NCBI GenBank assembly: GCA_951406725.2
Contig: OX597829.1
Location: 21,328,001 to 21,392,000 of the forward strand
Length of the DNA stretch: 64,000 nucleotides
Source of the DNA: Octopus vulgaris
Taxonomy: Eukaryota
Direction: 5' to 3'
Shown here: positions 24,510 to 37,101 of the stretch, piece after piece
Numbering within the stretch: the stretch's first letter is position 1
Layout of the letters: each line of letters begins with the position of its first letter
Program-made: the position numbers and the translations under genes
Notes under the pieces: model-generated
Told to the model about the DNA's origin: nothing
Databases searched by the model: none
What the model saw: only the letters and a program-made list of their open reading frames with translations

Positions 24510-24755
24510 GGTTTTGTTAATAAATGCTTAAAGCAGAATCTGGATAAACTGGGATTTTCAAAAAGGGAAATTGACCAGCTGATTCGTACATTACAAGTAC
24601 AATCTGTGAGTGGAACAGTAAAAATATGCAAGACTTTTTTCAAGTTCCAAATGTGAATTTGTCTGTGTTAACTACATCCCAAAGATGGAGCCTTGTATCT
24701 TTGTTGCAAACCAGCCCTCTCCTGAGTGGAAGATTTATAATAATTAAAAAAATAG
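24510..24755 (+). mobile_element. 3' end of an RLE-type (R4/NeSL-like) non-LTR element within a (TACA)n array
   Basis: GFVNKCLKQNLDKLGFSKREIDQLIRTLQVQSVSGTVKICKTFFKFQM* resembles the C-terminus of restriction-like-endonuclease LINEs; short 3'UTR and A-rich end; (TACA)n on both sides. Confidence 0.6.
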
Positions 24756-24839
24756 AAGAGACATACATATATGCATACATACATATATGCATGCATACAT
24801 ACATACATACATACATACATACATACATACATACATACA

Positions 24840-24870
<31 letters not shown>

Positions 24871-25508
24871 CTGTGTGTGCGTGTCTGTGTATTTGTGTGT
24901 GTGTGCATATGTGTGTGTGTGTGTGTTTGTGTGTATGTATATATGTTTATGTGTATCTGTATATATATCTATATGTAGATGTTGTGTATGTATGTGTTTG
25001 TGAGACAGGTTTCTGCACTTTCAGTCTACCAAATTCTACTCATAAGGAATTGGTAAACCAAAACCTACTAAAGAGAATATTTACCCAAGATGTTATGCAC
25101 TTAAAATCAACTGTGGAACCGTGTGTAGTTCAAGAGCAAACCTCTTAACCATACTAATATTTTTGTAAGTTCTTTTCACTTGGTATCCAATCAGATGTGA
25201 AACCAGAGTAATACATCACCTGCAAAATCAGACAAATATCAATCAGATGTGAAATGAGAATAACAGTCAATCAGCTCTGAAGTGATAGCAATATTCTAGT
25301 ATTACTCTGAGTTCACCTTTAAGTAACTTAGTTTCAACCTACTAACTTTGACTATATTTGAATTCTTGCACGTTTGTCTCCTCAAGGCTGCTTACAAAAT
25401 GTTACTTAATTCTTCACACAAGAAATTTAGTCTATGTAATAAATTATTATATCTACATAAATGTCCACTGCTGCTACATTGAGTATTTCTTTGCACACTT
25501 TTTTCCAG

Positions 25509-25928
25509 GTAGTTGATTTGGAAGAGTCACGCCACAGTTCATCAAAGGGCCTTATGATTGCCGTTCAAGCCCGCCTGGCTCGTAGACACCTCCCTCGACT
25601 TGACGAAGATGGTTTAGTCGACTATGCTATGCCAGCACCCTCTTCAGCTGCACAAAGAAAAATAACAGGGGACACACAGAATGCTGACATAGAATGGGTT
25701 CAGGCAGCTGCCAGTGGTGGCAGCAGCTCGGCCCGGTATGAGTCAGTAGAGAACGAAAACGTGTCCATTAATGAAAGCTCGTCTGCATCATCTCCAGATG
25801 ATTATCCTATAGTTACAAAGCGATTCCTTAGTGCTGGCAAAGGTAAAAACAAACTTCCATGGGAAGGTGATGAGAAAAACCAGCAAAATAAACTGTATGA
25901 TGATTTACCTTCTTCTGCTCCAACACAG
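25509..25928 (+). CDS. Host gene exon (140 codons, phase 0-0)
   Basis: ctttttccag|GTAGTT acceptor, CAG|gtaagt donor; VVDLEESRHSSSKGLMIAVQARLARRHLPRLDEDG...PSSAPTQ; raised GC; non-repetitive. Confidence 0.9.
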
Positions 25929-26711
25929 GTAAGTGTTTTTTTTTTTTTTCGTTGGGCAAGGTGGGACATATGGTCCCACCCTTGCCAGCATAGAAGGCAA
26001 ACGTTAAACGGTGATGATGATGATGTTGATGATGTAAAGATGTTTTGTGACCTCTTCAGCGACTCTCTATCTCATATGTTGCTGCTTGTTCTGCTTGGAG
26101 ACACATGGGATAGAGAATCACTGAAGAGGTCACAGGATGTGTGATGAAAGAGCTCTGACAAAAAAAAATAAAGGGTTTTATTTTTAACATTTAAAATAAC
26201 TATTAAATGTTCTAGAACAGTACTGTTTTTAAGTATTCAAATATCCTATAGGTTTTTTTAAAAATTAATTTACACCTCCATTGATTTACATTTCTTTCTA
26301 GTTTAGTTTCCAATAAAATTCCTATATTTTATATTTAACAAAGAGTATGTTTGATAAGGATCTCTTTAACAAAATAATATTACTCTTTCACTTTCGGAAA
26401 TTTAAGTTTTGAGTTTTCTATTTAAATCTCAAAATTAAAAATCATTTTGAAACTAATAGTATCATTATAATTAATTTCAAACTAAGATTGAGATGAAGAC
26501 CATTTTGATTGTTCTCTGCTTTATTACTTTTCATTTGTTTTTAATGATTTTAAATTCATTTATTTATGATAATGCATCTGAAATGATTAGTCATAATCAT
26601 GTATTTGTTTTGTAATGATAATGGGGGATGTTACAATTTGCTTACTGGCCAGATCTTAGGTTTCCATTAATAATTTACTCATCCATTTCTTGATGTTGTC
26701 TATGCAAAATA

Positions 26712-27571
26712 GGTGCAAGTATGGCTTTGTGGTAAGAAACTTGCTTCACAAAGGCGGCGAGCTGGCAGAATTGTTAGCATGCTGGGCGAAATGCTTAGTG
26801 GTATTTTGTCTACCGCTTCGTTCTGAGTTCAAATTCCGCCGAGGTCGACTTTGCCTTTCATCCTTTCGGGGTCGATTAAATAAGTACCAGTTACACACTG
26901 GGGTCGATATAATCAACTTAATCCATTTGTCTGTCCTTGTTTGTCCTCTCTGTGTGTAGCCCCTTGTAGGTGGTAAAGAAATAGGTATTTCGTCTGCCAT
27001 TACGTTCTGAGTTCAAATTCCACCGAGGTTGACTTTGCCTTCGATCCTTTCAGGGTCGATAAATTAAGTACCAGTTACGCACTGGGGTTGATGTAATCGA
27101 CTTAATCCCTTTGTCCTTGTTTGTCCCCTCTATGTTTAGCCCCTTGTGGACAATAAAGAAATAAGAAATAAGAAACTTGCTTCACAATCACATGGTTCTG
27201 GGTCCAGTCCCACTGCATAGCACCTTGGGCCAGTGTCTTCTACTATGGCCTTGGACTGGGCAAAGCCTTGTAAGTGGAATTGGTAGATGGAAACTGAAAG
27301 AAGCCCATCGTATATATACACATATATATAAACATGTAATATAGCTATGTATGTGTCTTTGTGCCATCTATCTTGCACCCTCCCCTACTTGACAACCAGT
27401 ATTGGTGTGTTTATGTCCCCATAATTTAGCGGTTTGGCAAAAGAGACCAATGAAATAAGGACTAGATAATAAAAAATAAGTCCTGGGGTCAATTTGACTA
27501 AAACCCATCGAAGTGATGCTCCAGCATGGCCGCAGTCAAATGACTGAAACAAGTAAAATAAAAATAAAAGA
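26712..27571 (+). mobile_element. SINE family A interrupted by a SINE family B dimer (26753-27170)
   Basis: TSD aagaaacttgcttcacaa at 26734-26751 and 27170-27187 around one full and one 5'-truncated family B unit. Confidence 0.9.
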
Positions 27572-27947
27572 AAGATACATTCCCCCCCACACACACACAC
27601 ACTTCTGTCTCCATCATGCGTTCTTGCTCCACACTTCAGTTCTGTGAAGAATGATCTTTGCATGGCTGCTTGATCTTGATTCATGGCCATACAATCTCAG
27701 TTCTCTTTCTGCTTGTGAGACGGTCTTTTTGAGAGCTGATGTGATGTTGGATAATTTGCAGCATATCTGAAGTTGATTACACTAGAGTTTTTCACAACTC
27801 GTTGTTTTCATCAGCGTTGTCATCATCACTAACAACAGCACATTTTTCAGTGAGGGGAACCTTGAATTTGGTCATTTGGAAATGGTAGCAAAATCTCCCT
27901 CAAATCATATCCCATCTTCTGAAAAAAGGAAGAGCCAATTGGATACG

Positions 27948-28320
27948 CTTTTACTCTTTACTCTTTCACTCGTTTCAGTCATTTGACTGTGGCCATGCTG
28001 GATCACCGCCTTTAGTCGAGCAAATTGACCCCAGGACTTGTTTTTTGTAAGCCTAGTACTTATTCTATCAGTCTCTTTTGCCCAACCGCTATGTTACAGG
28101 GACGTAAACACACCACCGTTGGTTGTCAAGTGATGTTGGGGGGACAAACACAGACACAAACATATACACACACACATACACACACATATATATACATATA
28201 TACGATAGGCTTCTTTCAGTTTCCGTCTACCAAATCCACTCACACGGTTTTGGTTGGCCCAAGGTGCCACGCAGTGGGACTGAAACCAGAACCATGTGGT
28301 TTGTAAGCCACTCCTACACC
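27948..28320 (-). mobile_element. SINE family A
   Basis: Reverse-complement copy with two short internal deletions. Confidence 0.9.
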
Positions 28321-28671
28321 TATAATATAATCCTTATAAAGAAAAAGATAGTATAATCAAGCTTGACTATAAGTTTGTTTGGTCAGGGCTAACTTATAGC
28401 TAAACCACAATAATAAATACATGTTTTTATCGTTTTATAATAGTTAAGAATAGTGCAAAGAAGACATTTGATAAAGAACTAGCAACAAAGATATGTGTAA
28501 AATAAACCAAAGCAAAGCAGAAAACTAACATTCTTGTGTCCAACATAAACCACAAAATTTAAGCAGTAAAACATTATTCAAAATAATGTGCAATAGCAAT
28601 AATTTCAACAAAGAATGATACCACATCCCTCACCACAATAAGAACTTCAAAGAAATTATCCACACTTCATT

Positions 28672-29040
28672 ATTACCTCTGCCTTAGCGGAGGTGGAGGT
28701 ATTGTTTTCAGTTGTGTTTGTTTGTTTGTTTGTCTATGGTCAAGATATCTCAAGAACTGCTGGATGGATTCGGATGAAACTTTCAGGAATGTTTGGTCTC
28801 ATGACTGGCACAAACTAATTAGATTTTGGGATTGATCCGGTACTGGACAAGGATTCTGGATTATTTTTCCAGTTTTTTTACTTAATTTTTGAGAGTGGCC
28901 GAGTTCACTTTTAGTATTCTGGTTTGTGAGAGCAGTCAAGTTTATTTCAGATATTCTAATTTCAAAAATTATCTCTGGCTAATTGTTGAGAGAACGATGG
29001 TGTTGCCTTGGCAGAGGTTTGTGTTTTCTGAGTGATCTTA
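28672..29040 (+). mobile_element. Helentron-associated interspersed element (HINE/DINE-1-like)
   Basis: Subterminal IR acctctgcc / ggcagaggt, nearby partial IR ggaggt, (gttt)n microsatellite, gatggattcggatgaaactttc core, degenerate 3' hairpin. Confidence 0.75.
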
Positions 29041-29500
29041 TTATTATTATGAAATTTTCTTTCAATTTTCCTTCCGTTTCTTGCTGAGTGTCTTCCTGAC
29101 AACTAGGACAAAGAAACTCACTGATAGACCGTTAAAATAAGCACTCCAGATTTACAAAGCCAATTTATGTGAAAGAAAAAAAAAGAAGAAAAAAATTTAT
29201 GTGTTGTAATTGTTCTCACAGCAACAATACACTTCTCAGTATGCACAACATGCTTCTTGCATGGATGGCAAAACAGCAATCATTCTCAAATAATTTCCAG
29301 TTCCTTTTTTGATCATTCCAAATGCTCTGAAAATCATTGGTATCTTACTTGCCTTGAGATGCCACATTTTTCCTTATTTCAATCAGTAAATCTTTATATT
29401 TTCTGAGCTTAGCAAATTCTTTTGACAAGATATGATCACAAGCAATACTCACGTTGATCAATAAACAGACCTTATTGCTTTGATCTTTCACAAAAATCAT
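29037..29500 (-). mobile_element. R4/Dong-type non-LTR retrotransposon 3' fragment
   Basis: PDMIFVKDQSNKVCLLINVSIACD...KEFAKLRKYKDL...IPMIFRAFGMIKKGT matches the PD..D..KxxKY restriction-like endonuclease; ends in a short (TAA)n tract. Confidence 0.8.
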
Positions 29501-30032
29501 GTCTGGCCATGGGGAAATATTGCCTGGGTTGAAAATTTGAGGGTTGGTGACAGGAAGGGTATCCCAGCCATAGACAAAATCTGCCTCAACAAATTCCATC
29601 TGACCCTTGCAAGCATAGAAAAGTGGAATTTAAACAATAATGATATGATAATGATGAAGGAATAGAAGCATATATATACGTATATGTTTCTTTTCCATAA
29701 AAATAGTTCCTTTTTAACCACAGCTATTACCATTTTATTCATAGTCCTTATTTTGATATATGATTCTTCCAACTAGTATGTTAGGGTAGACAAGTTTGCA
29801 ATATGGTTTTACCCTATGTATCTCACACTACACTGTTCCCTCTTTAAGCCTCAGAGTTCTTGGCTGTGTCTTTTTCTAAACTACTGTAATCTTGTTAAGC
29901 AAAATTTAACTTATATTGTATAATTTAAAAAAATTTTTTTCAGTTTTTCTTAGTGAATAAATATATATTTAATGAATAAAATATACATAATATTGAATGC
30001 TCTGTTTTTAAATATAATAAATTTCTTTGTAG

Positions 30033-30156
30033 CCAACAAAGTTATCTGATGTTGGCAGTCGCAAATCACCAAGTCTGCCTGGAACTGATGCTGAAAGGCT
30101 AAAACTTAAAAAAGCAGCTTTTGTTGTTGGTTCTAAAGAAAATTCTTCTGATCTGG
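30033..30156 (+). CDS. Host gene exon (phase 0-1)
   Basis: tttctttgtag|CCA, CTGG|gtaatt; PTKLSDVGSRKSPSLPGTDAERLKLKKAAFVVGSKENSSDL. Confidence 0.85.
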
Positions 30157-32158
30157 GTAATTACTTGAAAATATTTTTCTTTATTGCAATCAAATTCACA
30201 TACAGACACACACTCACCCCCACACAGACATATGTACATAGTAAAAACTGTTATTAAATGAGTATAGTGCTACTGTACTCCTGGTCTCAGAGTCATGCAT
30301 AGCATCCATTATGAATGTTATGTTGATTGTGTTTTTAGACAGAACCTTAACTCTACTTGATTAATTCATAAATTATTTGTCAATGCTGCTGAGAGTAAAA
30401 AATGAAGATAAGGCACCACATATATTTTATGATTCAAATCCAACTATGTTTTAATTTTTTGTTACCATTCTGTTGGATTTTAAGAAAAAAATTTATCCTG
30501 CTTTAGAAAAAATTCCTGTAAGTTTAAGCAACTTTGGTAGTGATGTTTTATCAAATGCTTCATTTCAGATATAACTGAAGTACCATTATGTATGTATTTC
30601 ACTTAGTGGTGCAGGCATGACTATATGGCTTAGAAATTCACTTCATAAGCGCCCACAGCCTGGTGCCCTAGCCAAATGTCTTCTACTATAGACTTGTGTA
30701 TTTATTTTCGAACACTGGCCTATTCAATTTACTTTGGTCAACAGGTTTGTATGCAGTGGAAAGAGTGACTTTGTTTGGTTTAAAACAGCAAAAATGTCAG
30801 ATTTGTTTTTTCAGTACAATACACTGAAAATGATACTCTTGTCAACATAATAATCTATTCATTATACATTGGGCGAAGGGCTGAATTAACATTCCATCAA
30901 TAACTTAGAAATCAATGGAAGTGTGTGTGTGTGTGTGTGAAAGAGGGAAAGAGAGAGAGAACAAGAGAGAGAACAAGAGAAAGAGAACTACTTTCTGTTG
31001 TAGCTAATTGTTCATTTGACAAACAAACAATGTTAATAATGAAGGCAAATTAACATTGAAGCTGTGTCAATTGGGGAAAAATTATTTCTCTATTTCTATG
31101 TTTTTGCGAGATGGCAATTTCTTTAGTTCAGTTTGCATTGATTAATATCCATAATAATGTAGAAAGAAATTACTAAATTTGTGGAACAGGCCTGCAAAAC
31201 ATGTCACCTGTGATTTTTCAATAACAGAGCAGTGTGCCAAGTAAAATTGGTACATTGCTGACATGGCTGCTGATTGCTAGAGAAACGTAATTGGTGCTTC
31301 CTATGTACAAAGTGAAAGGGTGTGGATTTTGAGCTGACAAGAATTTTGTTAGATCCATGAAAGTAAAACAAAAATTCTTAAACAAAATGTTTGTGATTTA
31401 TTTATTTATTTTGGTATTGCTCATAGCTTTTATATCTCAAGCTTAACCAATTCTTTTTAAGGACACCCCTGTAGCATATTTCTACATATTGTACTTTTCG
31501 AGAAGCATTCTAGGGTTCTCCACAAAAGTAAAACCAAGACTTTTAGATTGCATTAATTTTAGGAATATTTCTATTCTGTCCATTATTGTCCATTATTGCT
31601 AATGTTTTAATACTTTGGTTCAAATCACCACACACCAAATCAATTCCAATATCATGAATACTGTATCTCAAAACTTCATTGTGGCTTTAGATCTAGGCAT
31701 AGAATTGTGCTTAAGAACCAAAAGGGAATCTGGGACCTTAGAACATTTATGCCATGACCATTGATTTTTTGATTTCCTAATAACTCCAATTACTTTTTTG
31801 AGAATATTTTACATTGCTGTCAGATAGATTGAAATCAGCCTCTCAGATTCGAGATCTAAAGCCTGTCTTCTTTCCTACTTCTTGAAACTTTAATTATTTG
31901 TAAGTTTTCTCTGAGTCCCTTCAGTTCCAGATTTCAAGTTTGTGTTGGAATTCCTTCTCCAGATCTTCTCCTTATTTGACTATAAGCACCAAGTTATAAA
32001 GGAGTTCCTGTATACCTCTGAAAGGTTATAAGCAACTGGAGGGTGGTGAAGGCAGTCCAGAGGAGGCTCAAAACTCTGTGTGTCGATGGATGGATGGGTG
32101 GATGGATGGGTGGGTGGATGGATGGATGGATGGATGGATGGAAATTACACACACATAT

Positions 32159-32200
<42 letters not shown>

Positions 32201-32425
32201 TGTATAATATATATACAAACATACATATATATGTGTGTGTGTGTATTATAATATAATATATACATATATATATATAAGTAGTTGAATGAATTATCTTAGT
32301 ATGAATAATTCGGTTAACCGATACCTGGGTAGCAAATTCACATCAGAAAAACACGGTTGAAGCTACATGCCAAGGGCAGAGATCACGGGCTTTCATGTGG
32401 AAATTTGTGTGTTTTTTTAATACAA

Positions 32426-32769
32426 ATAAATGAAAGAATGGAGTTGAATGACGATTTAACAAAATTCCTTTATTCTCGACATATGTTTCGAAGGCTGCAT
32501 ATTCCTAATTTCGAAGGAATAAGGGGTGCATTATGCCACCTTCTCATCACGAAAAACAAGGAATTTATGTCAGCATCAAGATGAACAAAAGCTCTTAGAT
32601 GACTAAGAGCTTTTGTTCATCTTGATGCTGACATAAGTTCCTTGTTTTTCGTGATGAGAAGGCGGCATAATGCACCCCTTATTCCTTCGAAATTAGGAAT
32701 ATGCAGCCTTCGAAACATATGTCGAGAATAAAGGAATTTTGTTAAATCATCATTCAACTCCATTCTTTC

Positions 32770-32775
<6 letters not shown>
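32426..32775. repeat. Near-perfect palindrome (173-bp arms, 4-nt loop), Penelope pseudo-LTR-like
   Basis: Arms 32426-32598 and 32603-32775; three mismatches by eye. Confidence 0.95.
32638..32736 (+). ncRNA. Minimal type I hammerhead-ribozyme-like fold (C3G core variant); mirror copy on the - strand
   Basis: Stem I ttcctt-gt-ttttc / gagaa-ta-aaggaa; core GTGATGA (32651-32657); stem II gaaggc..gcat / atgcagccttc; GAAAC-ATAT-GTC (32712-32723). Confidence 0.65.
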
Positions 32776-32811
<36 letters not shown>

Positions 32812-32917
32812 GTATATGTATATATATATTATAAATGTATATGTATATATATATTATAAATGTATATGTATATATATATTATAAATGTATATGTATATAT
32901 ATATATAAATATATATG

Positions 32918-32951
<34 letters not shown>

Positions 32952-33045
32952 TTTTTTTATATATTATAAATGTATATGTATATATATATTATAAATGTAT
33001 ATGTATATATATATATATATATGTATATTATATATATTATAAATG

Positions 33046-33077
<32 letters not shown>

Positions 33078-33079
33078 TA

Positions 33080-33116
<37 letters not shown>

Positions 33117-33175
33117 TACATACATACATATATGTGTAATATATATATATATATATATCTGAAAATATTTTTTAG

Positions 33176-33262
33176 ATTCTAAAGACAAAGCATTTTGGGC
33201 AAGTAGCAAAAGTCATGAAGATTTGTCAAAGCATTCCCGATCAAAGTTATTTCCAATCAATA
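33176..33262 (+). CDS. Host gene exon (phase 1-1)
   Basis: ttttttag|AT, AATA|gtgagt; (D)SKDKAFWASSKSHEDLSKHSRSKLFPIN. Confidence 0.82.
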
Positions 33263-33833
33263 GTGAGTTGTTTTCCTTTGCTTGTTAACTTTTAATAAAA
33301 TTTAATTTTTTTTTTTAATTTCAGTTTTTTTTTTTTCCCCTTCTCACAAATTCTTAAAATTACAAGCACTACTATTTGGTGAAAATTTTTAATTTCACGT
33401 ATTAGATGTAATGATTCCATCATTAATCCAGACTCTGTGTGTCTAAGGCAGCAGCATCAAATTTATCCTTCCCATTTTCAAAATTTTAGAGTTTGCTTTG
33501 AGGTGGGATTTGGTTACTATTTCTAGCAATTCATACAGGTGGGTGAAACAAGGTCACCTATTTGCTTCACCCACTTGTATGGTTAACACCTTTAATAAAG
33601 GTGTGTATGATTCTCAACCTTTGGATTTGTATGTATTGCAATTGATTAAATATAATCTGCTAAATGAACGTAACTGTTATATCGAAAAACACTGGGACAC
33701 TTATCCAACTGAAACAAGTGTTGGAATGGAATATGAAAAAAATACTTTTAATAAATAAATTCTGAAGATATATAATTCTCCATACTTCATTATGATATGT
33801 AAATATATATATATATGTGTATATATATGTGTG

Positions 33834-34012
<179 letters not shown>

Positions 34013-34282
34013 AAATTATGAAAAATTAAATTTAAATGTTGAAGTGAATCTAATGGATCTTGTGTGTTTCTTAAATGGCTTATAAACACCTTCTACGCTG
34101 CAATTGTTTTCGTTCCAGCACACGATCTCAGATCAGGTCACTTGCTATGCAAGTACATCTCCTATATATATATATATATATATATAATATAATTAAAGAG
34201 GAATGTAAAAATACATTACGAACGATATATCATAAGCAATGCATACTTATTTACAAATATATCAATGGCCAAACATGTAATC

Positions 34283-34839
34283 ATAAATTTCATAAAGGAA
34301 TGTGTATAATTATGAATAAATCACAATTATAATGGAGAGGGTTGCAAAATCCCTTGCATGTCTAGAAATAGCAGTCAAAACCACCATAAGGCCACTATAA
34401 GCACTCATATTCAAAACTTGTGACTTGATTTACTGGTCTTTTCTTACAAATGCTGTCCATGATGTTGGAATTCAGAATTTGAATGTGTAGATAGAGGTTG
34501 ACACGTTATTGTTGCTGGTCAGGACACATGTAAACCCCAAGGTGTCTTTTTTTTTTGTGTGTCTATTTGTATCTACAGGAATATTCTCTCCAAGAGAAGA
34601 ATGGAACCTTCAGGTTCCTAACTTAGAAATTGCAATAGAGAATTAACCTTTTATTTTAAGTTTTGAACTTTGTCATGTCACCCGCCAACAGTTTTATTGT
34701 GAAGAGATAGAACATGAGTGCTTATAAGTACCTTATGGTGGTTTTGACTGCTATTTCTAGACATGCAAGGGTTTTTGTAACCCTCGCCATTATAATTGTG
34801 ATTTATTCAAAACTATACACATTCCTTTATTAAATTTAT
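34283..34839. repeat. Inverted repeat, ~130-bp arms and ~297-bp spacer (MITE/foldback-like)
   Basis: 34283-34412 is the imperfect reverse complement of 34710-34839. Confidence 0.9.
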
Positions 34840-34930
34840 ATATATATATATAATATATTTTTCATAATGGTGAAATTATCATGAAAGTGTTTAATTGGGA
34901 ATATTTTATTTGTCAATATGGTAATTATAG

Positions 34931-35103
34931 CAAAAGATGTGGATGACTCGCCCATACCTATGAAACCAGCTTTGGCACGAGGATCTGCTTCCAGCCGCAG
35001 TTGCAGTAGCAGCAGTAGCAGCAGTCGCAGTGAAATGCAGTTATTTTCCAACTCTCCTGATATCAATCACTCTTCCTATACTGCATTTGGTACTCCTGAT
35101 GAG
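34931..35103 (+). CDS. Host gene exon (phase 1-0)
   Basis: attatag|CA, GAG|gttagt; (T)KDVDDSPIPMKPALARGSASSRSCSSSSSSSRSEMQLFSNSPDINHSSYTAFGTPDE; bridges the phases of its neighbours exactly. Confidence 0.82.
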
Positions 35104-35471
35104 GTTAGTATAATGCAGAAATCTTCTGATTCATAGCAGAGTACAAAGACGGGAATAAAATATGATAGGAAATATTTATTGTCCTTGAGATGACATTAGC
35201 TTTGGTGTGGGTTGGATTGTTGGTTATGCTTTCTTGTGGTGGTGGTGCTTTTGGCAGCGGCAGCAGTAGCAGCAGCAGCCGTCCAAGAATTTGGACCTGG
35301 AGATCTCCATTTCCAGCGACTTCGAGAGCCACCTCCCAGTGGTGTCGGGCATCAATGAAGAGCTCTCGACTACAACAAGACGACCAAAGTTTTTTTTTTT
35401 TCCAAGGTCTGGGGTCTCCCGCCCCTAAGCCCTAGACCATCACCTAATCACCCTTATCTGTCTTGTTGCTT

Positions 35472-35515
<44 letters not shown>

Positions 35516-35559
35516 AAAAGCAGCAGCAGCAGCAGGTGTTCCTCGGGAGGTATCGACCA

Positions 35560-35790
35560 TCAATGATTAGGAATTGAGACATCTCAATCCTTACAGTTTA
35601 TGAGTAGGAACTAGTGAAGGAGGCCAAATGCTACCCAGCTAGATATACTCAGTGGTCTTCTCCTCTATGAGTTTACATAGCTCTGGTACCATAGATTTAA
35701 ATGAAGAGTGGAAACTCCACTATTTAGGTGTGACGTCAACTTCATCTGCACAAACAGGAGTGGGGATGCTCACAACCCCCAGCTATCAGA
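35560..35790 (+). mobile_element. RTE AP-endonuclease remnant
   Basis: ELVKEAKCY..LDI..SS..HSSGTIDLNEEWKLHYLGV..SAQTGVGML. Confidence 0.7.
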
Positions 35791-35850
35791 ATTTAAATGG
35801 AGTGGAAGCCACTAAGCTGGAGGGATTGCCTCCTGAAGCTTAGATGGAAG

Positions 35851-35898
<48 letters not shown>

Positions 35899-36229
35899 TC
35901 GGTTGTTGTTCTGCTTGTTGAGTATACCTGATCGGTCCTTGTTGAACTGGCTTTGATATCGAAAGATACCTATTCAAACTTGTACTACCCACATTGAAGA
36001 CACATGTTCATTCGTTTGTCTTCAATCCTCATTAACTTGGATGTTGTGATTGCTATTGTTTTGATTTTATATATACTTAAACATACTGTCCCAAAAATTT
36101 ATGGCATGTGGTTTCAGTTTTAGAGAGAGAGAACTGCTGTTTTATTGAGTTTGATTTGATTGTGCTATCAGACAAATTGGCTGATTGCATTGGTTTTCCT
36201 GGCATTGGTTTTATTTAAAAAAACGTCGG

Positions 36230-36530
36230 CCTTTTCTAGCCTAGCCAGGCTCATGGACCCGGTTTCCTGGTTTCTGTGGCGTATGTGTTCTCCCCCAGTT
36301 GAACAGGATGCCGGTCCATCACAGCATTACTCAAGAAACAGGAAGAGAGAGTGAGAGAAAATTGTGGCGAAAGAGTACAACAGGGGTCGCCCCCCCCCCC
36401 CACTGCTGGAGCCTCATGGAGCTTTTAGGTGTTTTCGCTCAATAAACACACACAACGCACAACCTGGGAATCGAAACCATGATCCTCCGACCGCGAGTAT
36501 GCTGCCCTAACCACTGGGCCATTGTGCCTC
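36230..36530 (-). mobile_element. tRNA-derived SINE family D
   Basis: Reverse-complement head gaggcacaatggcccagtggttagggcagc...ggtttcgattccc. Confidence 0.8.
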
Positions 36531-36727
36531 TATCATTGGTTTTCCTAGCACTGATTTTTTATTTTCCACTTTTTTTTTATTTTTAGAAGTGAGTGTTAAT
36601 GGAATTGGTGAGCATTGTGATAATGAATGGCTTGGTTGATTGTTCATCAGTAGAAGAATATACAAAAATCCTTATCTTTGTTAAAAACCATTAAAATTTT
36701 GGTGGCAATATCAGCGATCATAGGAAG

Positions 36728-36940
36728 GTGGTGAGCTGGCTGAATATTTAACATGCTGGGCAAAACACTTGCTGGCATTTCATACATCTTTATGTTCTGA
36801 GTTCAAATTCTGCTGAGGTCAACTTTACCTTTCATTCTTTCTGGGGTCAATAAAATAAATACCAGTTAAACACTGGGATCGATGTAATCAACTTAGCCCC
36901 TACCCTGAAATTTTAGGTTTTGAGCCAAAATTTGAAACCA
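36728..36940 (+). mobile_element. SINE family B (diverged, variant tail)
   Basis: ggtggtgagctggc head, gagttcaaattc, cctttcattctttctggggtcaataaaat core. Confidence 0.8.
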
Positions 36941-37101
36941 TTATTTGTGATTATAGGAAAACATTGATTGAGCAATGGAAAAAGTGTCATCTGAATTTAA
37001 TTATATCTCTTTGCTTTCTAATTTTAAACTTCAAGTTAGCTTTGTCTTTTATCTTTTGGGGGTCAATAAAATAAAGAACCAGTCAAGCACTGGTAGTCAA
37101 T

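Noticed and set aside
25929-26144. C-terminal part of the 227-aa ORF
   Set aside because: Intronic read-through past the CAG|gtaagt donor into poly-T and an RTE tail.
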